From NCBI GenBank assembly GCA_026023565.1, contig JAPETS010000006.1, positions 124,001 to 188,000 of the forward strand: 64,000 nucleotides of DNA, given 5' to 3'. This DNA is from Cirrosporium novae-zelandiae (taxonomy: Eukaryota). Numbering within the stretch: the first letter of the stretch is position 1; each line of letters opens with the position of its first letter. A program made the position numbers and the translations under genes. The notes beneath the pieces were generated by a model that saw only the letters and a list, made by a program, of their open reading frames with translations, did no database searches and had not been told where the DNA came from. Shown in pieces: positions 12,672 through 24,803 of the stretch.

Positions 12672-13514
12672 TTAATCCTTCGCCCATTCATTTCCAACCA
12701 TACCACCAAGTATTGCACACTTTTGACCTTGAATAACCTCTCCTCCATCACCTCCTTTACACCCAAGTTCACAACCCCCGACCCACCATGCGGCTGCTCT
12801 CACAATTTCCCCCACAATCGCTATTTCGTCCTCACTTCTTGGTGCATAGATCATAACGAACCCTTCTGGGACACATCCAAGTAGCCGATGCGCGCCTGAT
12901 AGGGGATGCCTTTCACCCCAGCCATTTTCTATGACCGCCTTCACGTCCCCTGGATGCAGAGTTGTATGCATACTTCCGTCAGAAGGGTGTGCATGGGCAA
13001 TTTCTCCTGAACAAGTTTTGTTTATCTCACATATAGAGAATAGACCACAAGAATGTTTCTCGAAACATGAGGTCCCCTCTTCGAGAAGCGCAGGATGCGT
13101 CTCAGCAAGACCGTGAAGGTGATTGGCAAGAGCACTGTACAGTTCAGGAGTAACCTTTTGTGTAATCTGACGTTGTGGAGCTAGCCCCTCAACTTGCGGA
13201 CGAGGACCACGGCGTTTTGGGAGGTTAGACAATCTTCCAGGAAAAAGGGCCAAAATTGGTGGGAATGGTGGAGGCTTGAGTGGATCACGAAGGGCAAAAG
13301 GGCGAAGACAGAGGATACGGAGGTATCCAAGGAATGTAGAAGGTGTACCACCAGGCCCAAGTGCAAGGAAACGGTGATAGTCGGCAACAACGACGCGTTG
13401 AAGATAAAATATAAGAGGAAGGAGGAAAATGAAGGTCAAATCGTGGAATGAGAAAGCGAAGAGAGCTTCAATTCCATGGTAGAAACTAGGGGAACAAACT
13501 TTGCAAGATTGCAT
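12672..13514 (-). CDS. Luciferase-like / DUF5519 domain protein with N-terminal membrane anchor
   Basis: DYHRFLALGPGGTP, RRGPRPQVEGLAPQRQ, SCFEKH, GEIAHAHPSDGSMHTTLHP, GWGERHPLSG and FVMIYAPR are the motifs of the fungal Luz-related family. Confidence 0.8.
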   Translation of the reverse strand: MQSCKVCSPSFYHGIEALFAFSFHDLTFIFLLPLIFYLQRVVVADYHRFLALGPGGTPSTFLGYLRILCLRPFALRDPLKPPPFPPILALFPGRLSNLPKRRGPRPQVEGLAPQRQITQKVTPELYSALANHLHGLAETHPALLEEGTSCFEKHSCGLFSICEINKTCSGEIAHAHPSDGSMHTTLHPGDVKAVIENGWGERHPLSGAHRLLGCVPEGFVMIYAPRSEDEIAIVGEIVRAAAWWVGGCELGCKGGDGGEVIQGQKCAILGGMVGNEWAKD

Positions 13515-15403
13515 CTTAAGAAGCCCCTGTGCTGCTAATTAGTCCCATATTTTGATAAGTTTAATACTATTGAGATCTGTTTGTCCTCTGCAAGTTGATC
13601 TTGGTCCACAACAACTTCGACTTGAGATGCTCAACCGTTAACGGTCTCCAAGAGGCGTTATATAAAGCTTGATATGAGTCTGATTTAACTGTGAGGTGGG
13701 ACTGCATCACGTACCAAAAGTCTTCTAAACGATTAGATATAAATTTGATATATTTATGAATCCTTAAACCTCCGATAGTAAAAATGGTCTTTTATTTTAT
13801 TATGAATCGAGGTAGATAAAAATATGGTAATGGAGATTGCTATGGAGAAATGGAAGAGAAGAAGAAGCGTGTTAGAGGGAAGGAGAGAAAGCAAGGTAAA
13901 ATCTGAGGTGAGGAAGAAATAGTAATGTGAATGTGAAGGGAGTCATGTAGTGTACTTTAACCTTGTCACGAGGAGTGAAGCCACAAATACGGAAGAGACA
14001 CAAGCAGCGACGCACGCGGTTTGCCCCACAAGGTCAGAAGTTGGGGAAATTGAAAACATGAGGTGAAATGGATTGTTTTAAGTTGTTCTGGTTAGGTCAT
14101 TATCTGTTAACTGTTTCTATACGTCAGATACAAACCATTGAGAGAGATAGCAAGAGCTAGAAGACATACAAACAAATCAACTTTGGAAGAGTATTGTATT
14201 GCATGGGAGGAGGGTATTTGAATTCAAGCAACCCAGAGAAAAGCGTGTCGGTACAAATATGCTGATAAGAGCAGGGGAGGTGGAAGTGCAATTATCGTGA
14301 GAGAAGAGAACAGTAGCCTCCGCTTTGGAAAATACCAAGTACTGTAGTCACACGTACCAACATTGAGGGGAGCTTCTTACAGCTAACCAAAGCATACATC
14401 TAGTAGACTAATTATCATTATTAACAAGACGAAGAGTCTAGGTAGTCAGAATACCCCGCGATTCCAAGATTCCGCAAGTAAGATGCTGCATTAGTTGTGG
14501 CTTGCTGTCGCTCGAATTTTAATTAATGGGAAACTTCCGATTGAATGAATAATTTTATGATTGTTATGTAATCACTTATGAACTGAAGAGCCAAGAGAAA
14601 CGGCGGCTCAGCTTGTGGTGATTATTAAAACCCCCTTTAAGACCTGAAAACAGATCTTCAAATTTCACCTGCGTAGTGACTTAGTACCTATATAGTAAGC
14701 GAAAGGATTTCACCATACGCAAGCAACGATCATTAGATCATCCGAGATTTATTTCAGGGAAAAATGATCGGTGTGGGGGGGATGAAGAGGAGGGGGGCAG
14801 ATAATGGTCGAGCTTGTCTCAGTTTGTCCCTTTTTGCTACTTGATTTGGGAACAGAATGGACATTACATTTTACTTGACAAGAAAAATAGGTTGTGATAA
14901 AACTAATATTGATAATAGGTGCATGCATAGGTTCCCGTTGCCCCTGAGACCGAGGATTCACTAACCTTTGTTTGGCTCAATTCACCGATAAAACCACCTA
15001 TGATAGGAAATACCACGGCTGTTGCAACTTCAAAGTTCGATGGAAACACTTGAAGCTTCCCTGGCGACACAAAACATAAAAACATTGGGGCCTTTTGATA
15101 AACTTTGAAATTACGCCTTTTGACTTCTGCATGTCTATAATCTTCACCTCACTCACTTTACACCAAGCTCCTGTATATATCACAAACATTCCAACTGCTG
15201 TCTACCTATTGCTCCATCCATCCAAATAACCCTCAAAGTTATATCGTGTTTTGCTATCAATATCCTAGTATGCTCCTTCATCTGAAGTCACTTTAGTGCA
15301 CTCCGCTCATTGAAGAATTTCTCTAGATAACCCACGTTCCAACCCAACCAAGGTCTTCTTACCTTGACACAATCGAATCTTGCATGTTATCTTGTAATCG
15401 CTA

Positions 15404-17806
15404 ATGCCCTCCTTCATGAGAGGGAGGCAATGGCCCTCCCGGTTGTCGGATTATCGAAATCAACAGAAGCTGGATGTGGAAAAGCACTTATACGAGAGAG
15501 CCGATACCGATGATGACGAATACGACGACGATCCATCGTATTCTGATCCTTCTTCACGCGTTACATCCGATTCCTACCAGCCAATGCTTGGCAGATCTAG
15601 TAGATCAACCTCACACCATCACAAGAGCATTTATGCATATCGGCTGCCAAGCCGTCTTACACGATACCTATGTCTAGTCCTATTCTCAACGCTTATAATA
15701 TTCATCTTTACTTTAGTTCGCATGAGCTGGGCCTCGGCAAAAAAGGTGGAAGATGGGGTAGCAAATCCTAAACCACCATCCACACCACAGTGGGAAAGCT
15801 TCGAGTTTTTGAAAAGATACTATGGGGGGATACGAACATTAACGACAAAGTCGCAAAGCCTTCCAGAGTACCCATGGTCTACCAGTGAAGAGCAATCAGG
15901 AGATTCTAGCAATGCCACCGCAGAAATGCAGTACACCACACACAATGTTACTCGCAGTTCCATTTTCAACCCTTACCCTGAGTATACATCCGCATCATAT
16001 CTTTCCCAGCACATGCCTGTGCAAAAGTGTTATTTGGATGATAAAAATACAATAGAAGTGCCGATGCTTCATCACTACGAAGGGGTAGTTGAAGGGTTTC
16101 CAGAGGCTGTTATAGGATCAAACAAAGTTATCGGTGTTCGAGATGATATTTGCTTTGACAGATTTGGTCGCTTAGGTCCATACGGTCTTGGGTATAGCTT
16201 AAAAATGGGCGGCAGCGGAGCAAGTCTCAACGGGGACCGAGAAGGAGCCGACGAAGTTTGGAAAAAGTTACCAGAGGTTGATTATGGCAAAATTCGCTGG
16301 GCTAGGGCCCAGGACAGGTGTCTTTCTGCGAATAGCAAACGTTTTGCTAAGCCAGCCACCGATGGGGACGAGGACACCCATCCAATGGACAAGGATATGG
16401 ATATAAGGAGGGCCAACAACCCACATCCTGAATTTGTATCGGCTAATATTACAAGATCCCAAGACAGCGCTACTGGAAAAACACTCTTATCAAGGACTGC
16501 AGTCATCATTCGTACTTGGTGGGATTATGACTATAAGATCGAAGATATTATGTACCTGCGAGCACTTATATCTGAGCTCTCCCTACTTTCGGGTGGAGAG
16601 TATACGCTGCATTTCTTGATCCATGTGAAAGATGATAATCTGCCCATATGGTCCGACACCGAAACATACGAGAGGGTGCTTCGAGACTCACTTCCAGAAG
16701 AATTCCGTGGCATGGGAACTCTCTGGACTGAAAGGGAGATGGGACTCATGTATGGCGGACTTGAGGAAACTTTCTACCGAGACCTGCCCGTTCATGGTGT
16801 CTACCGAAGTTCATTTATGCCACTCATGTATTTCGCCCGTCGACACCCAGAATACGAATATTTCTGGAATTGGGAAATGGATGCTCGCTATACCGGTAAT
16901 TGGTACAGTCTGTTTGAGAGCGTCCGTCAATGGACCAAATCGCAACCTCGAAAGGGACTCTGGGAACGTAATGGAAGATTCTATATACCTTCGATTCATG
17001 GCTCCTGGGATGAATTTAAACAACGCATTAAATTCCAAACAGAGGAAGGAACTAACACTCCTAATAACATGTGGAGTCATATCAAAAACACGCCAGGCAA
17101 TAAACCAGATCAAGTTGCTGGCGACAAGCCCATCTGGGGTCCTGATCCTCCCATGAACCAAACTTATGACGACACTGGCGATATTAGCCCCCCGACATCG
17201 GAAGAAAAAGACTCTTACACCTGGGGTGTTGGCGAAGAGGCCGACCTTATAACTTTCAACCCCCTTTTCGACCCGGCTGGAACAACCTGGCTTCTCGCCG
17301 ACGACGTTACCGGATACGACACATCTAAGCCGGTCCCTCGCCGCACTGCCATTATCACAGCCTCTCGTCTTTCTCGTCGCCTTCTAAATACTATGCACCG
17401 AGAGACGGCTCTCTATCGCCATTCCATGTTCTCTGAAATGTGGCCTGCTAGCATGTGTCTCCATCACGGGTTTAAAGCTGTGTATGCTCCTCATCCTGTC
17501 TATATTGATCGCAATTGGCCTGTCCCATACCTTGCAGCTATCTTTAACGGTGGTCGTAATGGCGCTTCTGGTGGTGCTCGCACCTCCGTTTTCGGGGATC
17601 GTGAACACAATTTCAGGGGCACAACCTGGTATTACAACGCTGGATTTAGTCCTAATTTGTGGAAACGCTGGCTTGGGTATCGAGTTGATGGCAATGGCGG
17701 TGAAGAGGAAGAACTTGCCAATGAGGGACGCATGTGCTTGCCCCCAATGCTATTACACCCAATCAAAGAAGTCAACATGGTGCAAGAGGGACTCCGGGAT
17801 CCTTGA
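15404..17806 (+). CDS. DUF3405 family type II membrane protein (glycosyltransferase-like)
   Basis: 800-aa intronless ORF with a single TM near aa 88-107. Motifs are CFDRFGRLGPYG, RTAVIIRTW, LRALISELSL, YFWNWEMDARYTG, WGVGEEADLIT and CLPPMLLHPIK. Confidence 0.85.
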   Translation: MPSFMRGRQWPSRLSDYRNQQKLDVEKHLYERADTDDDEYDDDPSYSDPSSRVTSDSYQPMLGRSSRSTSHHHKSIYAYRLPSRLTRYLCLVLFSTLIIFIFTLVRMSWASAKKVEDGVANPKPPSTPQWESFEFLKRYYGGIRTLTTKSQSLPEYPWSTSEEQSGDSSNATAEMQYTTHNVTRSSIFNPYPEYTSASYLSQHMPVQKCYLDDKNTIEVPMLHHYEGVVEGFPEAVIGSNKVIGVRDDICFDRFGRLGPYGLGYSLKMGGSGASLNGDREGADEVWKKLPEVDYGKIRWARAQDRCLSANSKRFAKPATDGDEDTHPMDKDMDIRRANNPHPEFVSANITRSQDSATGKTLLSRTAVIIRTWWDYDYKIEDIMYLRALISELSLLSGGEYTLHFLIHVKDDNLPIWSDTETYERVLRDSLPEEFRGMGTLWTEREMGLMYGGLEETFYRDLPVHGVYRSSFMPLMYFARRHPEYEYFWNWEMDARYTGNWYSLFESVRQWTKSQPRKGLWERNGRFYIPSIHGSWDEFKQRIKFQTEEGTNTPNNMWSHIKNTPGNKPDQVAGDKPIWGPDPPMNQTYDDTGDISPPTSEEKDSYTWGVGEEADLITFNPLFDPAGTTWLLADDVTGYDTSKPVPRRTAIITASRLSRRLLNTMHRETALYRHSMFSEMWPASMCLHHGFKAVYAPHPVYIDRNWPVPYLAAIFNGGRNGASGGARTSVFGDREHNFRGTTWYYNAGFSPNLWKRWLGYRVDGNGGEEEELANEGRMCLPPMLLHPIKEVNMVQEGLRDP

Positions 17807-18315
17807 AATCTCTTGATTCAAGCATGAGACCTGAATTATTTTAAAATTTTATAGGGCCGAATGAAGTTGTATATACCCAGCGTTCCGAAAGATGGAGCAC
17901 TCAAGTCTGGTCTGGATCAGTCTCTGCATAGAAGAGATGACGGGGAAGTCTCTATCGCTTTGTTCAAATCCCCTTTATCTTAAAGGTGTTTAGGTGTGTT
18001 GGGCCCTTTCTATATTCTTGGTTTTTGCATCGCATCTTGATATGGATAGTGCAAAGGGAAATAGAAAGGAACATGGAGAGTATGGAAAGTATGGGAATGG
18101 TGAAAGGGGGCACAAATTCTATTAAGCCTTTGAGGGGTGTTGGTTTTTAGGCTCTCTCTACACTGAAGGTCGACTCAGGTTTTATGTAGTACACGAAAAG
18201 AATGCCCAACGTACATAGCGATAAATAACACTAATAATAATAAGCTGGCTTGATACCAGATCCTGACGAGCGTGCAAGGATTAGAACGGTCAACCAACAA
18301 ATCCAACAAGCGCCG

Positions 18316-20330
18316 TTATAGCTCCGAAGGTACATTTACATAATGCCCATTGAGCTCCTCAAAAAAGGTTTCAAAAATTTTCTGCCCTCTAGACCCCTTA
18401 CGCCCACCCAACACTGCAAACACAACCTCCAGCCACCATCCCTGGAACTCCGTCTCAGTAAAAACCTCCTTCCACAAGTCCATAATCTCCTCCGGAGGGT
18501 TTCCGAAAGCCCCGCATCCAAATGCTCCTAGCACGATTCTCCTTTGCTTCATACCAGCCATGATGCGCAAAATGGAGCGCATTTTTTCCCGCGTTAGGTC
18601 GCGGTCCTTGGCATATTTGAAGCGGGGAGGGTCGGCGTTTGTGAGGCCGGGCCGGTTGATGGCTGCAACCGTGACAACGCTGAGAACGGGGAGGTCCTTG
18701 GGCTTTTTGAGATCCAGAAGCTCATTTCCGTCGGCCATGGATTTGCGGAAGACGACAACTGAGGGGGAGTAGATGCCGCCGGTGTTGCGTAGGGGATAGT
18801 ATTTTTTGTTTAACGTGGCGCTCAGGGTGCTGCGGAAGCATAGGGCTTCTTCTTGGGCTCGAGTACCCGCAAGCCAACCGCCCCCTGGGCGAGATTGATT
18901 TGCGAAGCTAAGGACACAGACGGTGGAATTGCGTCTGCCTTCTTCCATCATCGAGAGGGCGGCATCGAAGCTGTCTCGTTTCACGACGCGGATGGTGGTG
19001 GGGGGGTAGCCAGGGGATTCTGTGTCAAGAGAGTCTAAACTTGTGATTTGACCTTTACGTTGTGTTTCTGGGGGTATGTATAGCTTGCTTTCTATGGTGG
19101 CTCTATCCTTGTAACTTTCGAGAATTTGTGGTATGAGTTTTTGGGTTTCTTTGGCTACTGCCGCCATTGCTTTCTGCGAAGGGGCAGGGCGCGTCTTGGG
19201 TTTCGGGGCTTCGGGGGGAGGTTTTGTCTTCTTAAGTGGCGCTAGCTTTGGAGATTCTAGAGACTTTAGAGATTTTGGAGACTTTGGAGACTTTGGTGAC
19301 TTTGGTGCAAATTTGACGGGAGAGCCCTTCGCGGGTGTTTCTGTAACAGCTCCGGACTCAACTAGCTCTCTAGGAAGTTCTACAGGGAAGAAGCTATAGA
19401 AATCCTCTTGCAATTTCACATCGCCATGGAAAAGCGTTGTGACTTTCTCAGCAGCCTTAGCTGCTGTTTCTAAATTAGTTTCCCTAAAGGATAGGATGAG
19501 CTAGGCAAGACAATTCCCTTGCAATTCATACTGAACTTACCTAGCAAGTACAAACTCATACACGCCATCGAAATAGTCTCGCAGATATTGGAGAGTAAAT
19601 GTAGGGTTTTCGAAGAACTGGTCAAGAACGGCATTTTCAAACTTGATGTATGAATTCCAAACGCTGTCAAGTCGAAATAAGCTGTTGATTTTATTGAATA
19701 TGATAGAACGTGTGTCGTTGTCTATGCCCGCGATAGTGAGAAAGTCCTATTGGGAATATCTTGTTAATCATGTAGAACGATGTCATGCAAGAGGAAAGTA
19801 TCTAAGATAGCTGGAGAATATTTTAGGGAAAATTCAACTACCGTTCTACTTAAAGCATTCAAGATACAAACAACGTATGGGGAACGAACCAAAGTTTTTT
19901 CCAGACGCTTTATTCGCCCGTGGTTATGAGGTGGTGTAGTATCAAAATATTTTGGTTTTTTCTGTGCGGATTCCCCTTGCTCGGGATTCTCTTCATGTCG
20001 AGGATGTTTCTTAGATACAGGGTTGTTGATTTTATCTGTACTTTGCCTTCTTGTTATTTTCTTGCTTTCCTCCTGGTATCTAGCAGGTGAAAATGCCATG
20101 ACTTCCTCGATTGATTGCCGGAATTCTTCTTCGGTGGGGGGATCCTCCAACCAAGTAAGTACTACCTTTAGCCTATTGAAAAGAGTTTGCTTTTTAGATC
20201 TTGAGGTTAATTCATCGTTTTGGTCTGTGCCGTAAAGTTTCATCAACGAGAGAATTTGATACTCGTTCAACTGCATCAACCAGTATTGGTCTTTCCACCC
20301 AAATAGGGAAATAGGCTCATTTAAAGACAT
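18316..20330 (-). CDS. Bacterial-type PARG / TIGR02452 (DUF2263) macrodomain protein with long N-terminal extension; predicted exons 20330-19890, 19746-19541, 19483-18316 (~604 aa)
   Basis: The C-terminal domain has VLSFANQSRPGGGWLAGTRAQEEALCFRS, IYSPSVVVFR and IVLGAFGCGAFGNPP. Two introns (GTTCGT...TAG phase 0 and GTAAGT...TAG phase 2) join three open exons in frame. Confidence 0.8.
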
Positions 20331-21430
20331 GTTTAGTTTCTTCAGACAGTAGACGATAAAAAAATGGAACTCGAAGTAGAAATTAAGGAGTTTAATGTTT
20401 AGAGAAATGTTAACAGAACTAGAGATAATAAAAATCAAGTATCCTTATTGCTGGTTTCATTGCATCAAAGCCAGTAGCATTGTCTTTGTGGTAGCATGAC
20501 CGGAAGCGGTCAAGATCCATATGCGGCGAGGATATGAGGGCACTACTTAGTATGATCTGAATGCAGATAGGTTTTTATCATATATATTATTCTCTTGTCA
20601 AAGTGGTGGTCAAATATTATTATTTTATGGTGGTGATAGGATAAGCTTAATATAGAGTATACTTTCTCGGCTCTTCCGCCAATGTTTGTTTACCACACCA
20701 CCATCCCACCACCCATACCCATCACTCACACACTACGCCCCCACTCCCAGCCACCATGCCTTCCTTCGCTCAACCCGTCAGGGTATCCTCCTATAAAATC
20801 TGTGCATTGATGCAATATCTGCAATCCCCTCCGCTTTCTAAACCCAAAATTAGGAATAGTGTAAATTCATACCATCTTTCTTATTCGACCACGATGACGG
20901 GAGGGTCGCAGGATGGTCGCAAGAAGCTCCTCTGACCCCACACACAAGCACACCGAGCCCCAACAATAGTCCTAGAAATAATAGAATTAATTTTTACTGC
21001 AGTTTGGGCTGAGACACATGGTTCTATTTGGATAAGACCTACATATCCGAACTACGCTGTGCCAGGATCTTCTTCCTTTTTGGCTGACAACTAATTTCCA
21101 AATTTGATCCTTCAGGTTACACGTGCACGCATTCATATGTGCGGCCGATGATTACTCATTCTCTGATACGAGGTCGTCATGAACTTCTCTTTTCTCATCA
21201 TGAACCACTAGAGCAAGCCTACCGACATTCAAGGACCCGATTCCAGAGTTTTGTCCGGCCTGCCCATGTGGTGGCCTGTCAATTGACCATAGAGTGTCAT
21301 GATCAAACTTATCTGCCTTTTGTCGTTGTACCCGAAAATCTAAGTCCAACGATCCCCCCGGGCCTTGCTTATCTATACCAGTAGCTCATTAACAGTTTTT
21401 CTTTATTTTCCCGCTTTTCTAAAGGCGGAC

Positions 21431-21474
21431 GATGCCCAGATGATGCCCAGATGATGCCCAGATGATGCCCAGAT
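21431..21474. repeat. Tandem 11-bp repeat (GATGCCCAGAT) x4
   Basis: Four perfect copies about 180 bp upstream of the Cys-rich membrane protein gene. Confidence 0.9.
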
Positions 21475-21653
21475 CGGTGGCGTGAAAGCCGTGAACAATA
21501 GTTACTTCTTCTTTTTGCGGACCCCCCTTCAGCCTCCCAAACTTGCGCAACGCTGATCCTACCTACTTCTTCTCAAAAGAGATGGACATCTCCATCCTTC
21601 TACTTTCTTTTTCTCACCCAACTTTATCTGCATAGCGACCGTTGTCATCCGCT

Positions 21654-22607
21654 ATGGCTCACATCTTTTCAAGAACCTCGAATCTCTTCTCTTGTCCCAG
21701 TGGTGGTGACTGGTATGCTTGTACTCCGGGGGGCTTCGTCGGCTGCTGTGCAAGCGATCCATGTACCAATGACTGTCCGGATGGAAACCTAAAGCCTGCA
21801 AGTTTCCAAGCAAGTCAATATGGAAAATTTTCAGACCAGCTTTGCAATCTTGGGAGTTCGTGGTACACATGCGCATATACAGACCCACCGTTTATGGGGT
21901 GTTGTGAAGTATGTTTTTAATGCTAGCAAAGGAGAACCCAAGAGAAGGCTGACTTAAGCTAGGTGAACCCATGTGCCAACACCACTGGCTGCCCTACTGA
22001 TGCTCTTACACCTGGTTTTCTCAAGTCGGCTCCCGATGCCATAGCGCCTTTCGTCGCAGTGACGGCAACTGGATCAGTATCGACGTCCACCTCGACTCCC
22101 ACTAGTGCTGCCATAACTACGACCTCAAAATCCTCCCAAGTCTCTACTGGTGCCGTTGTTGGTGCCATCATTGGTAGTATAGCAGGTGTTGCTATACTTC
22201 TGACCCTCCTCTGGTTCTGGATCCGCGGCAGACGGCGTCGACGGTCTAATATTGCAAATAGTTCTCACAATATGGCAATGGCAAATCACTCGTCACAACC
22301 GCAGGACCCTTGGCAGCCGCAGACTACATGGGTTAGCGCACAAGAACGAGATAAACCACAAATATCTCCTGGTTTTACCAACTCTACCGCAACAACACCA
22401 ACATTACCGAGATACACGCCCGACAATCCTTCCATTGCGAGATTTTCAGGTCAGGCTCCGACATTTGGGAGAAGATCAGGGATGAGAGATGAGGAAGTGC
22501 TTTCAGAACTACCTGGTGAAAGTGCTCGATTTGAATTAGAGACGCCACATACCGCTCAGCAGGAGCTTCTGGGGAGTTCGAACCATGATTATCACAGTCG
22601 TGGGTAA
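21654..22607 (+). CDS. Single-pass membrane protein with duplicated Cys-rich ectodomain; intron 21909-21962
   Basis: Two repeats of C..G..WY.C....F.GCC...PC...CP, then a Ser/Thr stalk, a TM helix (GAVVGAIIGSIAGVAILLTLLWFWI), RRRRR and a cytoplasmic tail with ELP/ELE motifs. Confidence 0.8.
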
Positions 22608-23466
22608 CAAAAGTCTTGTTCCATTACATTGACACCGCCTTTTTTTTTTACCTGATAGATTCCCCAGCAAAAAAATGCTTCTCGGTTTGGGTTCTTGTTT
22701 TCTATTTTTGGTGTTATGACTCCTTGTGAAGAATAGTGATACTACTACATTCGGAAATTCTAGGTTAGACAGTCCTGTTATTGTACATGTACATACCCAA
22801 TTTACCTTTAAGTCTTATATATTTTTGCTAATACAACCAAAATCAAATATATAATGAAGATAAGTGCCTTGGAGTAACTTCTTGAAACGCATCAAGCACC
22901 TAAAAGCTAGGACAGAAACAAGGTGTCAGGAGTGATGGCTAACATTCACAAAGTCCCCATTAGACCATTTGGTGGAGGAGAGCTTCAGGCAAGATGAGGC
23001 GCTTGGTCGAAATAGACTTTTAGATTTTTGCATCTAAAAAGGACATGGCCTGGGTCGTCTCTGGGGAAATGAGCACGGATGCACTTGTTTTAAACTCCCT
23101 AATATTTGAAACACGGAATTGGATTTTCGTTGTCTCTCCTCTCCAATAACTGATTTGAACCAAGACCTTATTTTATTTTAAAGGTCCCCATCCCCAAACA
23201 TGAATTGATAATCAGGTAATTCTATTCTTATTCAAAACTGTTAATGTTAATTATCTTGGTAGTAGTTATGTGAACAAAAAGGCTAAATTTACAGACTAAT
23301 ATGTTGTAGCCTGGTACTATATACTGTTACAGGTATAAAAGACTGTCATGGCCCTCAGTAACAAACAAAAAGGACTTTTCAGGAAATGATGTTAATACAC
23401 ATAGCCAAAACTCATACGCAGCCCGCTCACCCACTACCACCTTCGGCGTCCCATGCTATCCTTCAC

Positions 23467-24803
23467 CTACCTACCCATGAAGGCGTCTTCGAGGCTCTTT
23501 CCTTCAGCTTTGAGTCTTCTTATATCTGCTCCGCTTAGTATCACCGGCGATCTCCCGGATCTTTTCTTTCTGGCTGGTGGAGCTTCATAATTACGGCTAA
23601 GGAGATTAGAACTTTCTTGCTTTGTATCCGGAGTAGGCTTCTTTGGGCGTCCTCTTCTAGTGATTTTGGCAGGGAGATTGCGTTTTTCTTCTCCATCGCC
23701 TCCTCTTCCTTCTTCTTCTTCTTCTTCCTCCTCCGCTTCTTCCACTTCTTCTTGTTGAACTTTTCGTTTCTTGGAGCCTTTCCTCCCCGCCTTACCACCA
23801 GCTACTTGGTCGTCCTCTAGACCTTCCTCCTTCACGTCACCTGCCGTCGGCCTAGTCTTCTTCTGTACGCTTGGCACAACAGCGCTGGTTCTTCCACCTA
23901 CAGTGATATGCACAATTTTCTGGCCATTCGGTAAGGTTTTTGGATGATCTTTTTTACCCTTGCCCCAACGATGCTTGAAAATCCAGTCGTCAGGAAAGCG
24001 CTCGGAGTCCCCGAGGAGGTCGACGGCCGTAGAGGTAATGTGCAGGATCGAGGTATGCAGTTGGTGAACCTGGGCAGATGTTAAGGTATTACTGTGCTGT
24101 TCGGGGTGAATTTTGGCGTGATAAAGGATTTCATCTCTGAGATTATAAATCAGTTGGTTGTGTACTGTAAACATACATATAGGAGGATCATTATAGCTTA
24201 CCCAACCCAATTACCAATACCACTAATGTTCGCTTGGTCCAGAAGGAATGCCTTCACTGGCTTTTTAATGCGCTTCAACTTATTTGTCAGCCATTCTGCC
24301 GTCAATATATCCTTATCGATAATCGGGTCAGGTCCATTCTCTTTTAATGGCGACACAGTCCTGATGTCATCGCCAGCGCAATCAAGTAATTTAATCCTTG
24401 AGAAGCGCCTAGCGTCCACAAATGCAACTTCGCACCTTTCCTCCCCTTCCCCTTTCGCCTCCAGAATGAACTTCCAATATTTTGGTGGCCACTCTTCCTC
24501 AGTATCTTCGGACTTTTCCCGATAATAATAAGTCTCCTGCCCACGAATCTTCATCCAACCAGTCATGCCAAAGTGCATGACTGGGTGGGGAGGTGACGAC
24601 ATGACTAGCCAAAAGTATTTTCCTTGCTGACCGGCGCCAACAACGGTCTTGCCGGTCATGGCGGTTTGAAAATGGGCGGAGGTGGCGCCAGCTTTTCCGT
24701 AGACATTGTTATCTTCTTGAACTAGGACTCGGGAGAGGGTTTTGGAGACGAGGTGGAGGCGGAGGAAGTGGACTATTCGAGCGACCTCGGCGATCTCGGG
24801 CAT
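23467..24803 (-). CDS. mutM: Formamidopyrimidine-DNA glycosylase (Fpg/MutM family); intron 24201-24137
   Basis: Catalytic N-terminal MPEIAEV, GKYFW, MHFGMTG, H2TH motif LLDQANISGIGNWVGDEILYHAKIHP, and a basic/acidic C-terminal tail. Confidence 0.93.

Noticed and set aside
12672..13514. Bioluminescence gene cluster
   Set aside because: No PKS (hispidin synthase), FAD hydroxylase or caffeoylpyruvate hydrolase is present in the window.
18240..18285. TPP riboswitch-like segment (GATCTGGTATCAAGCCAGC on minus strand)
   Set aside because: The resemblance is only partial, there is no CTGAGA element in the right place, and no thiamine-related gene is adjacent.
21431..21474. CRISPR-like array
   Set aside because: The direct repeats have no spacers, the context is eukaryotic and there are no cas genes.
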